From Octopus vulgaris (lineage: Eukaryota), in NCBI GenBank assembly GCA_951406725.2, contig OX597836.1, forward strand, positions 44,950,001-45,014,000: 64,000 nt of DNA, read 5' to 3'. The notes beneath the pieces were generated by a model that was not told the origin of the DNA, did no database searches, and saw only the letters and a list, made by a program, of their open reading frames with translations. The position numbers were made by a program, and so were the translations under genes. Positions 1-13,136 of this stretch are shown here, piece by piece; the stretch's first letter is position 1, and each line of letters opens with the position of its first letter.

Positions 1-605
1 AGACGACAGACAGACGACAGACAGACGAAACAAGACAGACGGACGATAGACGGACGACAGACAGACAGACGAGCGACAGACAGACAGACGAGCAACAGAC
101 AGACAGACAGACGAGCGACAGACGACAGACAGACGAGCGACACAGACAGACGAGCGACAGACGACAGACAGACGAGCGACAGACAGACGGACGACAGACA
201 GATGGACGACAGACAGACGAGCGACAGACAGACAGACGAGCGACAGACAGACAGACGAGCGACAGACAGACAGACGAGCGACAGACAGACAGACGAGCGA
301 CAGACAGACAGACGAGCGACAGACAGACAGACGGACGACAGACAGACGGACGACAGACAGATAGACGAGCGACAGACAGACAGACGAGCGACAGAGACAG
401 ACAGACGAGCGACAGAGACAGACAGACGAGCGACAGAGACAGACAGACGAACAGATAGACAGATGAGCGACAGACAGACACACGGGAGACAGACGGACAG
501 GAGATAGATAGATGGCAGATGATAGACAGATGACAGATGGATAGAGATACATAGACGGATGGATAGATACATAAACAAATAGATATGTAGATATACATAC
601 ATACA
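1..605. repeat. Compound (GACA)n/(GACGAGC)/(GATA)n microsatellite
   Basis: Directly visible; explains the 202..507 low-complexity ORF. Confidence 0.95.
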
Positions 606-664
606 TTTATACTGCAAACTGACTGCAGGTATTTTACAAGTTCATCAAAGTACTACATCAACCC

Positions 665-803
665 TAGTGTTTCACTGGTAATTTTATCGATCCCAAACGG
701 ATGAAAGGCAAAGTCAATCTTGGCAGAATTTGAGCTCAGAACAAAGACAAAATGCTAAGCATTTTACCCAGTATGCTAACAATTCTTACAGCTTGCCAAC
801 TTA
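665..803 (-). mobile_element. Degenerate tRNA-derived SINE (same family as 6495-6914)
   Basis: Contains ggatgaaaggcaaagtc...gaatttgagctcagaac as in the 6.5-6.9 kb copies. Confidence 0.7.
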
Positions 804-811
804 AGTCTTGA

Positions 812-1125
812 TCATCATCATCATCATCGTTTAACGTCCGCTTTCCATGCTAGCATGGGTTGGACGATTTTGACTGAGGGCTGGCAAACCAGATGGCTGC
901 ACCAGGCTCCAATCTTGATCTGGCAGAGTTTCTACAGCTGGATGCCCTTCCTAACGCCAACCACCCCGAGAGTGTAGTGGGTGTATTTTACGTGCCACCG
1001 GCACGGGAGCCAGTCAGGTGGTACTGGCAATGACCTCGCTCGAATCCTTTTACACATACCACCAGCACAGGTGCCAGTGAAGCGACGCTGGTAACGATCA
1101 CGCTCGAACGGTGCCCTTTTACGTG
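812..1125 (-). mobile_element. RTE-LINE 3' tail element, (GAT)n-tailed
   Basis: catcatcatcgtttaacgtccg...ctggatgcccttcctaacgccaacc; the same sequence ends the RTE fragment at 40200-41073. Confidence 0.8.
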
Positions 1126-1529
1126 GATATTGATAAATAGTCAGCTCATTTGAAAACTAATCCCTCCACATATCTACCTACCTACATATCACCATTTAAT
1201 GTCTATTTTCCCTGCTGGCATGGGTGGCATGGTTTGGCAGGAGCATGCAAGTCAACAGACTGCACCATGCTCCATTATCTGCTTTGGCATGGTTTCTATG
1301 GCTGGACAATCCTCCTAATGGCAACCACTTTACAGAATATACAGGTTGCCTTTTGCATGGCAAGATTGCAAAAGGAGAATGAGTGTTTGTTACGAGGATA
1401 TGTTGTGGGGAAGGGATTCAACAGGGAAGACTGAGAGACAGAAGGGAATAGAGTACAGAAAATGTTGAGTACGGATGTGGGAAAGGGAGAGAAGTTGGGA
1501 TATGAGGGAGAAGTTTTATATTATATTTA

Positions 1530-2915
1530 CTAATAAAAGGAAAATGCACACAGTTTACATTGTTTAATTAATATGTAATATATTTTATAAGTGAATACTG
1601 TGTTTGCTGACCGGTTTCAATTTCATTAATCATGACATTGAAATTATTGTAATTTCATATATTCTTAATTAGATTTTGGTCCATGTTGTGTATGGGGGTT
1701 TGTGAATGAAATGAATCAACAGGTAGAAAACTATAAGGAGAGGTAATTGGCAATCATTATTATTTGAGACAGAAGCAATAATTGCTCATTTTGAGGGGAG
1801 GGGTAAATAAATACACAAAAACTCAAAAGCTAAAACAGTGAGATAAAATATTTACTGTGATGTGTATGTGAACATGAATTAAATATATACTGAGATCACA
1901 GTTAGTTATGCTTTCATATTTAGGTGTGTTCTGTATTTTTTGATAAATATATTTTCTTTATTTAAACATTCTTGTACAGAAATTGTTTCTTTGCACTGGT
2001 AGAAGGGGGAAACTAAAGTTTGATTATTACCTGCACATCTCTATATGTTTTCACTCAAAGGAATCTGTCAGTACTGTGGTAAATGGACCAGTTCCTTATA
2101 TAGTGTGGTTCTTCGTCTGTCCTATATAGTTATGTCCACAACCTGAACAAGTTATAACATAAGCAAGATTCTCGGAAGCACAAGTGAAATTGGTTTTAAT
2201 TGTGAACATCTTTCCTTGTTTGAATAGGAATTTCAAGCTTTCCTGAGGCAGAAAGGTTCAGAATTCCCATTCAAACAAGGAGAGATGTTCACACTTAAAA
2301 CATACTTCACTTGTGCCTCACCTCCAAGAATCTATTTATGTTATAACTTGTTCAGGTTGTGGACATAACTATATAGGACTATGGTACTTATGACGGAGAA
2401 CCACACTATATAAGGAACAGGTCCGTTTATCACAAAACAGATTCCTTTGAATGAACACGGAGATGTGCAGGTAATATCCAACCAAACTCTACAGTCTTTC
2501 CCCATTCACCTGTACAAAGAAACAATTTCCGTACAAGAACATTTAAAGAAAACATATTTATAGAAAAATACAGAACACACCTAAATATGAAGGAATAACT
2601 AACTGTGATCTCAGTACATATTTAATTCATGTTCACATACACATCACTGTAAATATTTCATCTATTTTAGCTCTCGAGTTTTCGTATATTTACGGAAAAT
2701 GAGCAATTATCTCCCCTGTCCAGAATAATAACGATCACCAATTACCTCCCCTTACATTTTTTTTCTATCTGTTGATTCATTTCATTCACAAACCCACCAT
2801 ACACAATATGGAATAAAATCTTTACAATAATTTCAATGTCGTGATTAACAAAAGCGGTCGACAAACACAATACTCTTTAAAACTATGTAAACTGTGCATT
2901 TTCCTTCTTTTACTT
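1530..2915. mobile_element. Head-to-head inverted pair of Penelope-like element 3' ends (GIY-YIG remnant)
   Basis: The arms are reverse complements about ~2246. The + arm translates in pieces to FTCAS..YVITCSGCGHNYIG...RTTLYKEQ...FIEKYRTHLN, the Penelope GIY-YIG endonuclease signature. Confidence 0.8.
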
Positions 2916-2944
2916 TATACATAAATTTTTTGCTTTATCTATTT

Positions 2945-3660
2945 CTAGCAGTATCACCCGGCGTTGCTCGGGTTTGTAAGGGAAATAACTATATAAGCAT
3001 TTTTAGAGAGTTACTTCCCTTATAAATTCGGGCTTTCTTAGCCATTTTTGTTTTGGTGTCTTCAAGCCATGAAGTCGTTCTAAAAGAACGCTGGTTTCCT
3101 TCACAACGCATTACGACGTTGATTTCTTTACACTCCCTTCCCCACAGCTTCACGAGGGAGGGAAGGGGGAGAAGCAAACAGGTGCAGCTGTGAGCGTGGA
3201 CGCCAACTCCGCCGCCATCGACATACGATGCATTTTATGCATTAAAATGGAATAAAAAATGATGTTAAATTATTTTTAAAATCGTAGACTCATCGTTGAC
3301 GCGCGCTAATACTCAGACGGGCTCAATATGAATCACGACTATAAGATACCCGAATTTGGTTAAACTGCACCGCAAAATGTGGGAGGAGTTAGGAATCTAA
3401 ATCGAAGGGGACAGACACTCACACAACTAGAGTTTTATATATATAGATATAAAATCCATTCTGTCTGTCTGTGTGTGTGTCTTCTAGGATCTCGGGCATC
3501 CTCCATCCAATTGCGATCAAATTTGATAAGTACATACCGACGGTATCAAGGTGTGTATAAGTCTTGACAAAATTACAAAAATCGATTCCAGGTGAGAATG
3601 CGATCGATAAAGCTGTGGGAACATGCATTTGTACACACAAGTACATCAGCTGTTGCAATC
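2945..3660. mobile_element. Non-autonomous Helitron/Helentron-like (DINE-1-like) element(s)
   Basis: Starts CTAGCAGTATCACCCGGCGTTGCTCGGG (hairpin) and ends acagacactc...ttttatatatatagat at ~3450, followed by an opposite-orientation ctgt-repeat piece. A related copy lies at 30511-30877. Confidence 0.6.
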
Positions 3661-4245
3661 AATACTACGTGTACATGAGAAAAATACACGTGCAGTTTGT
3701 GCAAAAAAAAGCCGGCTGGCTTGAAATAATGCCACAAAATGCAGTATTTTTAAGAGACCAAAAAAGTGAGATGCAAAAGAGATATTTTCTTCAAACTTGA
3801 CATGAAGGAAGGAAAAACTATTTGGTTTCTCAAGTTTTTTTTTTTTTGGCCTTAACTTTCTATCTTTATTTCTTCTTTTGCTGGTGTCTCAAATTTAGGT
3901 TAAATCAGTGTTTCTCAAAGGGGAGGCGTATGGGACGGTCGGACAAGTTGTTTTGAGAAAATTTGGTTTAAATGTTTGACAACTCAGCACTGTCCATTGG
4001 ATGGGGGTATTTTGCTCATGTGTGTGTGTATGTGTGTGTGTGTGTGTATATATATATAAATACATATATATATCAAAATAAGCAACTTCATTTTACAGTG
4101 TTTAATAAAATGAAGTAGCATGAAACAATTGTACTACTCTACCTTGGATATTCTTGTTGCTTATTTTGATTATAATCACCCCATTTGATTTATATGGATA
4201 ATACCATACCAAATTCTGGTGCCTTTAAATTCAGTACCATATTCA

Positions 4246-4294
<49 letters not shown>

Positions 4295-4688
4295 CAGGCT
4301 TCTTTCGGTTTCCATCTACCAAATTCACTCATGAGGTTATAGTAGTAAACAGTTGTCCAAGGTGCCATGCAATGGGACTGAACCCAGAACCCTGTGGTTA
4401 GGAAGCAGGCTTCTTACCATACAGCCATGTTTATATTTTATATATATAATAATCAGATCAACTTCTTTAAAAAAGTTGTACGATAAGGAGAAAGAAAGAA
4501 AGAAAGAAAGAAATGCTATTTTTACAGTTAGTTCCCCATTTTAAACACCACAATGCATTGTTTGATGAAGTTTGAATAATTAACTGGCTTAACTATCAAA
4601 CAGACATCTTTTAGGGGTTAGTCAACACCAACCCCTCAAATCAAGAAGTTACTGACTCAATGTCTAAGTTCAAATAAGAACTACTTAC

Positions 4689-4838
4689 CAAAACCAATAT
4701 CATTATCGTCCATGTCGAAACCATTATCGTATCGACATCTTTTCTTGCTGTCGGAGAGAACATTGAATGCTTCACCAACTTCCTTGAATTTGGCCTCTTC
4801 TGACTTTTGAACTTCAGGATTATCGTGTGAATGACGAT
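4689..4838 (-). CDS. DNAJC7: DNAJC7 exon 12 ([50 protein letters not shown]), J-domain end
   Basis: ttcag| and |gtaagt; 150 nt, phase 1->1; [18 protein letters not shown] motif. No terminal exon found in 1-4688, so the gene probably continues past the window start. Confidence 0.95.
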
Positions 4839-4951
4839 CTGAAATAGATAACATTCCAAGGTCAACGGAGTGAAGAAATATTCTGAACCCTTTTACAAGC
4901 ATTTTATGTCCCAAGGCCACCAGTGTTCACTCATTCACCCGTCAAAAGCTA

Positions 4952-5332
4952 CTCTTTACTTGTTTCAGCCATTTCACTGCGGCCATGCTGGAGCACCGCC
5001 TTTAGTCGAGCAAATCAACCCCGGGACTTATTCTTTGTAAGCCCAGTACTTATTCTATCAGTCTCTTTTGCCGAACCGCTAAGTGACGGGGACGTAAACA
5101 CACCAGCATCGGTTGTCAAGCAATGCTAGGGGGACAAACACAAACACACACACATACACATATACAAATATATACATATATACAACAGGCTTCTTTCAGT
5201 TTCCGTCTACCAAATCCACTCACAAGGCATTGGTCGGCCCGAGGCTATAGTAGAAGATACTTGCCCAAGGTGCCACGCAGTGGGAGTGAACCCGGAACCG
5301 TGTGGTTGGTAAACAAGCTACTTACCACACAG
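4952..5332 (-). mobile_element. tRNA-headed CORE-like SINE, family A
   Basis: Head with A/B boxes (GTGGTAAGTAG..GGTTCANTCCC), CORE-like gcaccttgggcaagt, internal CA/TA microsatellite, tail gactgaaacaagtaaaagag. Confidence 0.85.
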
Positions 5333-5580
5333 CGTATGAAAAATTTTAATATTTTGTGTATTATAGAAGTAATTTATTTCACAAATTTTAACAAAATCTT
5401 ATATGCAAAAAAATTGAGAACCACCAGATCAAATCCTCAAATAAGCTATCACTCAAAATATTATCAGCAACCATTTTCCAAAGTTTCAGGATAAAAAAGA
5501 AAAAACTGTAGAAAATCCCAATAATTTAAGTGGGTTAAAGTTACAGAATATAAACAACAGAGGAAGGGATTAAAAGTTTC

Positions 5581-6004
5581 GAATCTTTTCAGTTTGAATG
5601 GCATTTTTTAACATAATTTCTAGGTAACTAAATAATTTTAAACTTCGTATACTGGTAGAATGTGTTTATAAAACATCTTTTTCTCTTGGCTTTATTGAGA
5701 AAATTCTATAGTTTGTAAGATATTTGTTATTTTTTTCTTCAATTTTTGCAATTTCAACCAATCACTGACGTCTATTGAGGTAAATAACATTCTGTGCCGT
5801 ATGAATATGTCCCTCGTTTAAGAAAACAGATTGGGTTTATTTACATTTCTGAAGAAAAAAAGATACCCTTCCCCCCACCCCCACCCCTAACCCTAACCCT
5901 AAAACAGATTGAAATGCAATAGATCGATACTAGGGTCATAATTATGGGTGACAATTTCATATGACTCCGCTAGAAAAAAGCTGCCGTTCAAACCGAAAAG
6001 ATCC
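5581..6004. mobile_element. MITE family M1 (TIR GGATCTTTTCGGTTTGAACGGCAG), 8-bp TSD aaagtttc
   Basis: Terminal inverted repeats, 8-bp flanking direct repeat and internal (CCCTAA)3. Confidence 0.9.
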
Positions 6005-6494
6005 AAAGTTTCTTCCTTAGAACGTTCATAATTTCTTTTAGAACTAAGCTGAACATTAAATTGGCAGGATTCGTGCAATTTCTGGAAGTAAAAGACTCCA
6101 CAAACTTGTACTGGAAGGGAGAAGTTCAATAAAAAATATCAACCTTAATGACAGTACAAGGATTTCATGGGGTAAACGGCATGCAACAATAAGCTAGTTT
6201 TTTTTTCTAACATCCTTTGCACTTTTACTATTGGCTTCTGCTACAAGAATAGCAACTCTTGAAGGCAGGAGAACAAGTGCAAGACAGATGCTGGATTTGA
6301 AATAAATTTTTGAAAGTAAAATTTTTAAAAAAAATTAAAAAATAAAAAACAATTGGCAACAGTGTGAATGAAGTATTCGTTCCAGAAACAAGTGAAAATA
6401 TGTTAAATATTTTTCTTGTAAATTCTGTTGAACAAACTAAATTTAATCAGTCTTTCTTGTTGACGAAGTTACTGATTACAAATTCCTGAAATAC

Positions 6495-6914
6495 CTATTT
6501 CTTTACTACCCACAAGAGGCTAAACACAGAGGGGACAAACAAGGACAGACAAACGGATTAAGTCGATTATATCGACCCCAGTGCGTAACTGGTACTTATT
6601 TAATCGACCCCGAAAGGATGAAAGGCAAAGTCGACCTCGGTGGAATTTGAACTTTGAACGTAGCGGCAGACGAAATACCTATTTCTTTACTACCCACAAG
6701 GTGCTAAACACAGAGAGGGACAAACAAGGACAGACAAAGGGATTAAGTCGATAATATCGACCCCAGTGCATAACTGGTACTTATTTAATCGACCCTGAAA
6801 GGATGAAAGGCAAAGTCGACCTCGGCGGAATTTGAACTCAGAACGTAACGGCAGACGAAATACCGCAAAGCACTTCGCCCAGCGTGCTAACGTTTCTGCC
6901 AGCTCACTGCCTTA
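6495..6914 (-). mobile_element. tRNA-derived SINE family C (Meta-domain-like) with internal ~180-bp tandem duplication
   Basis: gtcgactttgcctttcatcctttcggggtcgat core present twice; flanked by the ~15-bp direct repeat aaattcctgaaatac. Confidence 0.8.
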
Positions 6915-8075
6915 AAATTCCTGAAATACTAATGAAACTTTGCAGTGGTCCTGCTCCCAGTATTTTATAATTATCATTCTTGTTTGGTACTAATATGTCT
7001 AAACTTTTAGTTACTATATTGCTAACAAAAATATCTTTATATATAAGACATGAGCAATAGACCAGCATGCGGGGAAGAAAATTACAACTGCTTATTTAAC
7101 TAACATTTAAACCGGCTATATCTGGCCCAAATATCCTACCTGTTTAAGGTTCAAACTGGCCACATCCAGCCTCTCACACCTACCATACAATATCATTCTA
7201 AAAATAAACAATCACATCATTGAATTCTGAAAGCCACAAGGTAATGCATGGCTAATTGAAAACAATGTGAATAAATTAGCATCAAATTTGACAGAGCAAG
7301 CTGAATGCTAAACAGGTTGAAGTGAGATATTATACAAAGGATCTTCAAGCCCTATTACGAACCTAGGGGAAAATATCCACAGACAAAGGATGGTAGGATA
7401 TAAAGGCTAGAATTGATTTCTGGCAATAGATGCCAGGTAAGTTCATAAAAGTAGCATGGGAAGATCTGTAAGGCAGACCCTGGGTACTGGTGTGGATTGA
7501 AGTATGGTGCTAGTCAGTAAGAGCTAGGATAGAATGTAGTACGGACATCAACAACTCATACCATAAACAAAAAAAATATTCCAACTGGTATTTTAATTGC
7601 TGACAATTTAGCAACTATGGTAATATAAACAGGGACATGATTGTGAATACAAACAGGATGGATATTTAGATAACAAAAAGATTTAATTTCGTTTTTGGAT
7701 TTGGTTTGCAAGATTCTCTATGTGAGTTTGTGTGTTGAAGCATATTCTGTTGTGTCTGGGGAGAGTCATTCTCTTTTGGTGCCTTGTAATTTAACACACT
7801 CACCGGTAAAATTCCCACTTATTTCTCACACACACATACACAGAAAATACACAAACACGGACAGGCAAACACATAAATATGCAGGATATGTACATACATA
7901 TGCACACACATACATACATATGCATACACACACATATATATACATACATACACATGCAAACACACATACATACATACATGTATGCATGTATAGGCACACA
8001 CGCACACACTGACCCACACACATGCGCACAAACAAACAAAAAGGAACGCAGTGTAAATAACGGACAGAGTCAAGA

Positions 8076-8112
8076 CTACTGAAAAGGTTGCAAGACGCAA
8101 CGAAAATTTTAG
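8076..8112 (+). ncRNA. Degenerate minimal hammerhead-like motif (C3/A8 mismatch)
   Basis: cta-CUGAAAA-g-GUUGC(aagac)GCAAC-GAAA-AUUU-uag; paralog of 18711-18747. Confidence 0.35.
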
Positions 8113-8600
8113 AAAATAAAAACAAGAAATAAGTGGAAAAGAAAATGACTCTCCCCAGACACAACAAAAAGATTTAAATTAAAAGGTGAAATAATTAGTA
8201 CACAAAAAAAGTTGCTGATCCCTACTCAACCAAATGTGGATGTCACACAATTTGTAAGTGTAGGTTATAACGAATCCATGGGTTGAGATTAAATTGAACC
8301 AGAGGAGTTGATGCCCAGTGATAGACTGGGTCAGAATAGGGGCACTAACCGCTCTGATATATCTAACCACTCCAAAGGGAAGTGGAGAAGAAGTGATGCA
8401 ACCATCTTCAGTTTCAATGCAATGACAGCTGTTCATAAAAAAAAATTAAATTACTGTTGGGAGAAAGATAAAAATCTGTAAAGATCAGTTTCCAATCATT
8501 GTGGTTGACAATAGTTCAAGCATAATTAGCAAACATTCATTAACAATCAAATTACCCGACTGGAAATCAATCCAAACTTATAAAAGAGACAGATGCTTAC

Positions 8601-8747
8601 CAGGATGGTGTATCAAGGCCCGTTTCTTGTATGCTTTCTTAATTTCTTCATCAGTTGCAGTTTTGTTGACACCAAGAATTTTGTAATAGTCCTTCCGTTT
8701 ACTTTTCTTTAGAGTTAGTTTGGCATCAGCCAATAATTGTTTGTTTT
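8601..8747 (-). CDS. DNAJC7: DNAJC7 exon 11 ([49 protein letters not shown]), J-domain start
   Basis: ttcag| and |gtaagc; 147 nt, phase 1->1; J-domain DYYKILGV...HHP, with the HPD motif split by the next intron. Confidence 0.96.
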
Positions 8748-9015
8748 CTGAAGAAACACAGAAAGAAACATCAGGTTTACATCATAAAACAAACTGATAT
8801 CAATATTGTAATAAAGGTTAACATTCTTTTTTCTCTTAAAGTGTGACCAATTCATCTCTCTACCCATGTTTACACAAAACAATTGGGCTACTTTTCTCAG
8901 TATAGTTAGCAAAATAAGCACTAAACACTCAAGATAGTGCTTTATACACAATAGATGATGCATGGTAAACAATATGAATCTAACAAGATTTGAACTCAGA
9001 ACAAAATTATCTGTC

Positions 9016-9427
9016 GGATCTTTTCGGTTTGACCGGTAGTTTTTTTTTAAATAATTTCCACGTAACTAAACACTTTGAAACTTCGTATACTGGTAGAATG
9101 TGTTCATAAAACATCTTTTTCTCTTGGCTTTATTTAGAAAATTCTATAGTTTGTATGATATTTGTTGTTTTTTTCTTCAATTTCTGCAATTTCAACAAAT
9201 CAATGACGTCTATTGAGGTGAAAACATTCTGTACCGAATGAATATGTCCCTCATTTAAGAAACAGATTGGGTTTATTTACATTTGTGAAGAAAAAAAGAT
9301 ACCCTTCTCCCCACCCCTAACCCTAACACAGATTGAAATGAAATAGATCGATACTAGGGTCATAATTATGGGTGACAATTTCATATGACACCGCTAGAAA
9401 AAACTGCCGTTCAAACCAAAAAGATCC
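9016..9427. mobile_element. MITE M1, TSD tatctgtc/tatcggtc
   Basis: Same TIRs and body as 5581-6004. Confidence 0.9.
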
Positions 9428-10217
9428 TATCGGTCAAGTTTGGTACTAGTGTGTCTTTAACCTTTTAGTCACTTATATCACTAACCAAAATACAGCCTTT
9501 ATATGTTTCAGTTAAATTCTAAAATAATTATGAATTTAAACTGGTTTCATAAAACTTTTTTTTTTATTAATCAACATATGTGACTATTGGAACAAAATTT
9601 TAAAAAATATTCTTAACCAAACCTATTTCATAATTTTGTCTAATTACAGGTAAGTATAAATTAATTCAAGAAAATATAAAATCAATTAAATATGGCTTAA
9701 ACATCAGCATAGAAAATGAGTTACTAGCTAATATTCAATGGGTACACAACAAAATTTTAAAACAGAAGAATTGTGCAAATTACTGGATTATCTATCTATG
9801 CTGGACTTAATGCCCCTAAATGCAGGTGTGCCATAAAAATATCAAAATAAAACTGAAGAAAACACTGGAATGTCTTTGAAAGAAACTAGGAAATGACATA
9901 CATCCCATCAACTATATGAACTCACATGCACACATAAATACAAGAAGCATGATTCACAATTCAAATTGCCACACACCTTACAGGTAAATTAAAATTACAA
10001 GGTAACTAAGAAATAAAAACAAGCTAAATTTGAAAAAAATATCTATAAATCAAGTTTACACACACACACACAATATTCCTAAAAATGCTTGAATTTCTAA
10101 TTTTCATTCAAGCACGTGGGAAACCTCAGACAAATTTTCTCTTCTTTATGTTCTGCATAATTCATTTCTGCAGTTATCAGCTTCATTTCCTTGGAAACAC
10201 TGTAGACAGGTCTAATA

Positions 10218-10495
10218 TCATTATCATCATCGTTTAACCTCTGTTTTCCATGCTAGCATGGGTTGGAAGATTTTGACTGAGGGCTGGCGAACCAGATGGC
10301 TGCACCAGGCTCCAGTCTTGATATGGCAGAGTTTCTACAGCTGGATGCCCTTCCTAACGCCAACCACTCCGAGAGTGTAGTGGGTGCTTTTTATGTGCCA
10401 CCTGCACAGAGGCCAGTCAGGCGGTACTGGCAATGAGCTCGCTCGAATCTTTTTACACGTGCCAGTGAAGCGATGTTGGTAATGATCACACTCGT
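10218..10495 (-). mobile_element. RTE 3' tail element
   Basis: Near-identical to 812-1125. Confidence 0.8.
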
Positions 10496-11026
10496 TAATT
10501 TTAAGCACTTACTATATTCAAGTACAAAGTCTTTTTTTTTTTTTTTTAAATGCTATCAGAAGTGTTGTCAGAATCGTTTCATTTTCAGAAACAGGAATAT
10601 CTGATTCATAGTCACAAACGTGATTTGAATGTTTGCCATTATATTTTGCTGGATTTTTCTAGGTCTTCTTTAGAAAATATTTCCACTTCAAACTCATTGC
10701 CTGACAAACATGAGAATGGTATCCAGTTTTCGTCCATAGTGAAACATTTCAGAAAATCAAAGAGGAAAAAAAAAGAAATTTCCAAAACTTAGCAGTGCTC
10801 AAATATCATATAAATTATTTCAGACTGTGTAATTCAATTGTTTACATAGTGAAATCCCATGTTTTCACAAATGTACTAACAAGATTTGCACTGAAATTCG
10901 CTTTAAAATATGAACAGGTCATTTCACACAGGTACAGGTGGTTTGGTAATGAAAGGGTTAAACTTGCTAATAGCTCCCTCAAATTTAAGAAATCTCCCCC
11001 GTAAACAAGAGTTAAGATTATCTTAC

Positions 11027-11100
11027 CTTTACTTTTATCCAACTTGTAAATCTGCTCATAATCTCGAACAGCTTCTTCATATTTTTCTAAATCTGAGTAG
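11027..11100 (-). CDS. DNAJC7: DNAJC7 exon 10 (SYSDLEKYEEAVRDYEQIYKLDKSK)
   Basis: aacag| and |gtaaga; 74 nt, phase 2->1; YEEAVRDYE motif. Confidence 0.94.
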
Positions 11101-11627
11101 CTGTTAGAAATATAGGGAACAATGGAATCATTTCAGGCTAATAATTCAAAAATGTTTGACAAAAATAATATCTTCAGTAAAAAGAAATAATTTCTTATAT
11201 AGGCACATGGACAGGTAAAAGGTAAGGGGTTAGGACAGGGTACATTGATTTACGTCAACTCCAGTACTTCACCGATACTTTATATTATCAACTCCAGAAG
11301 AACGAAAGATAAAGGAACTCAATACCCTTGACATTTTGATAATAATGTCTGATGTCTACAAGGGTGACGTGTGAAGCAACTTAACAGAGACAGCATACAG
11401 TGCAAGAAAATGAAAGCAATGTCCCTAGGACAAGCACCCAGGGGCCAATCAAGGAACATCACAGATTCTGGATTATCCTGATTACCAAGGTTGTCATCTC
11501 CCAACCAACATTCTATGCTCTCTAGATATTCGTTGAGAGTAGACCATGCTTACCACCTCCACCTAGCTTTTGATAAATCGAGTGAAACATCTTCCTCACT
11601 CCACCTTTACATCTATACACACACAAA

Positions 11628-11950
11628 GGTTCAGTCCCACTGCGTGGCACCTTAGGCAAGTGTCTTCTACTATAGCCTCGGACCGACCAAAGCCTTGTGA
11701 GTGGATTTGGTAGACGGAAACTGAAAGAAGCCCGTCGTATATATGTTTGTGTGTCTATGTTTGTCCCCCCAACAACGCTTGACAACCGATACTGGTGTTT
11801 AGGTCCCCGTAACTTAGCAGTTCAGCAAAAAGAGACCGATAGAATAAGTACTGGGCTTACAAAAAATAAGTCCTGGGATCGATTTGCTCGATTAAAGGCG
11901 GTGCTCCAGCATGGCCGCAGTCAAATGACTGAAACGCGTAAAAGAGAGAA
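11628..11950 (+). mobile_element. SINE family A, 5'-truncated
   Basis: Reverse complement of 4952-5332. Confidence 0.85.
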
Positions 11951-12522
11951 AGAGAAAGGCAGGCAGGCTTTCAGTTTCTGTCAATGAAATCTACTCATAA
12001 GACTTTGGCCGGCATGAGGTTATGGTAGAAGACACTTGCTCAAGGTTCCACAGTGGGACTGAATTGGAACAATGCAGTTGGGAAGTAACGTTGTAAGTCA
12101 GGTGTGTGAGGTTGGATGTGGTCAGTTTCAATAGACAACAACAGGTAGAATATTTAGGACAGATATGGCTGGATTAGATGCAAAAGGGTTAATCCTCATG
12201 GCTGAGATTAACATCATCCTAACAAAACATGATGTAACTCCACACTTCTGTGTGAATAAAGATGTATTTAACCCTTTAGCATTTATGCTGGCCATATCCG
12301 GCCAAAAGTATTCGGCCTGTTTTATGTTCAAACTGGCCAGATCTGGTCTCTCACACCAACCCTACAATATCATTCTAAAAATTAACAGCTACCTCATCAA
12401 AATCTCAAAGCTACAAGATAATGCATGATTAGTTCAAAACAATGTGGATGAAAAAGGATTAATTTTGGATTACGAATATGAAGAGAACTAAAAGTAATGT
12501 CCAGTAATAGAGATAGCCTTAC

Positions 12523-12614
12523 CTTTTTGCTCTTCTTAAGTAAGCCTTTATATAATAATCATCTAACTCAATTGCTTTTGTACAGTCTTCGACTGATTCC
12601 TCTAATTTCTTCAA
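12523..12614 (-). CDS. DNAJC7: DNAJC7 exon 9 ([30 protein letters not shown])
   Basis: ctag| and |gtaagg; 92 nt, phase 0->2; YIKAYLRRA motif. Confidence 0.94.
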
Positions 12615-13136
12615 CTAGAAAAAACAAACAAATTACTTCAATACAAGACCACTGTTTCATAAAAATAAAATACACAGACAATTATTTATTTTAGAATTAA
12701 CTGAAGGAGAGAAAAAGTTATGTTCTCCAGCCTCTCTCCTAAGAAGTACTTCAATTAAAACATAGGTTGGCAGTTCTGATTCAAGCACATACGAAAACCC
12801 CTCATAACTTTTTATTTTTATGAATTTTTAAAAAATTTTTTTCGATTCCATCTTCTGCATAATGGAATTAATACAATTATCTAATAAATATTTTTTTTAA
12901 AATATCAATTTGTTTCTTTACAAATGCAAGCAGATTTTAAATAATCTAAGCTTTCAAATAATCCAAATGCAGCAGGTATTCATTCTAACAATTCTAACTA
13001 TAATAGAAAATAATTTCTCTGGCAGACTAGCGTTGGTCTGAAATACAGTCTTGAATGAATGATGCTACTTCCTATCTCTTCACATGTAGCAATTACAACA
13101 AAAAAAAAAAAAAAAAAAAAAAAAATACACCATTAA

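Noticed and set aside
202-507. DRQT-repeat ORF
   Set aside because: Translation of the GACA microsatellite.
606-4688. Terminal DNAJC7 exons (G/F-rich tail)
   Set aside because: No matching open exon found; the region is mostly repeats, so these exons probably lie outside the window.
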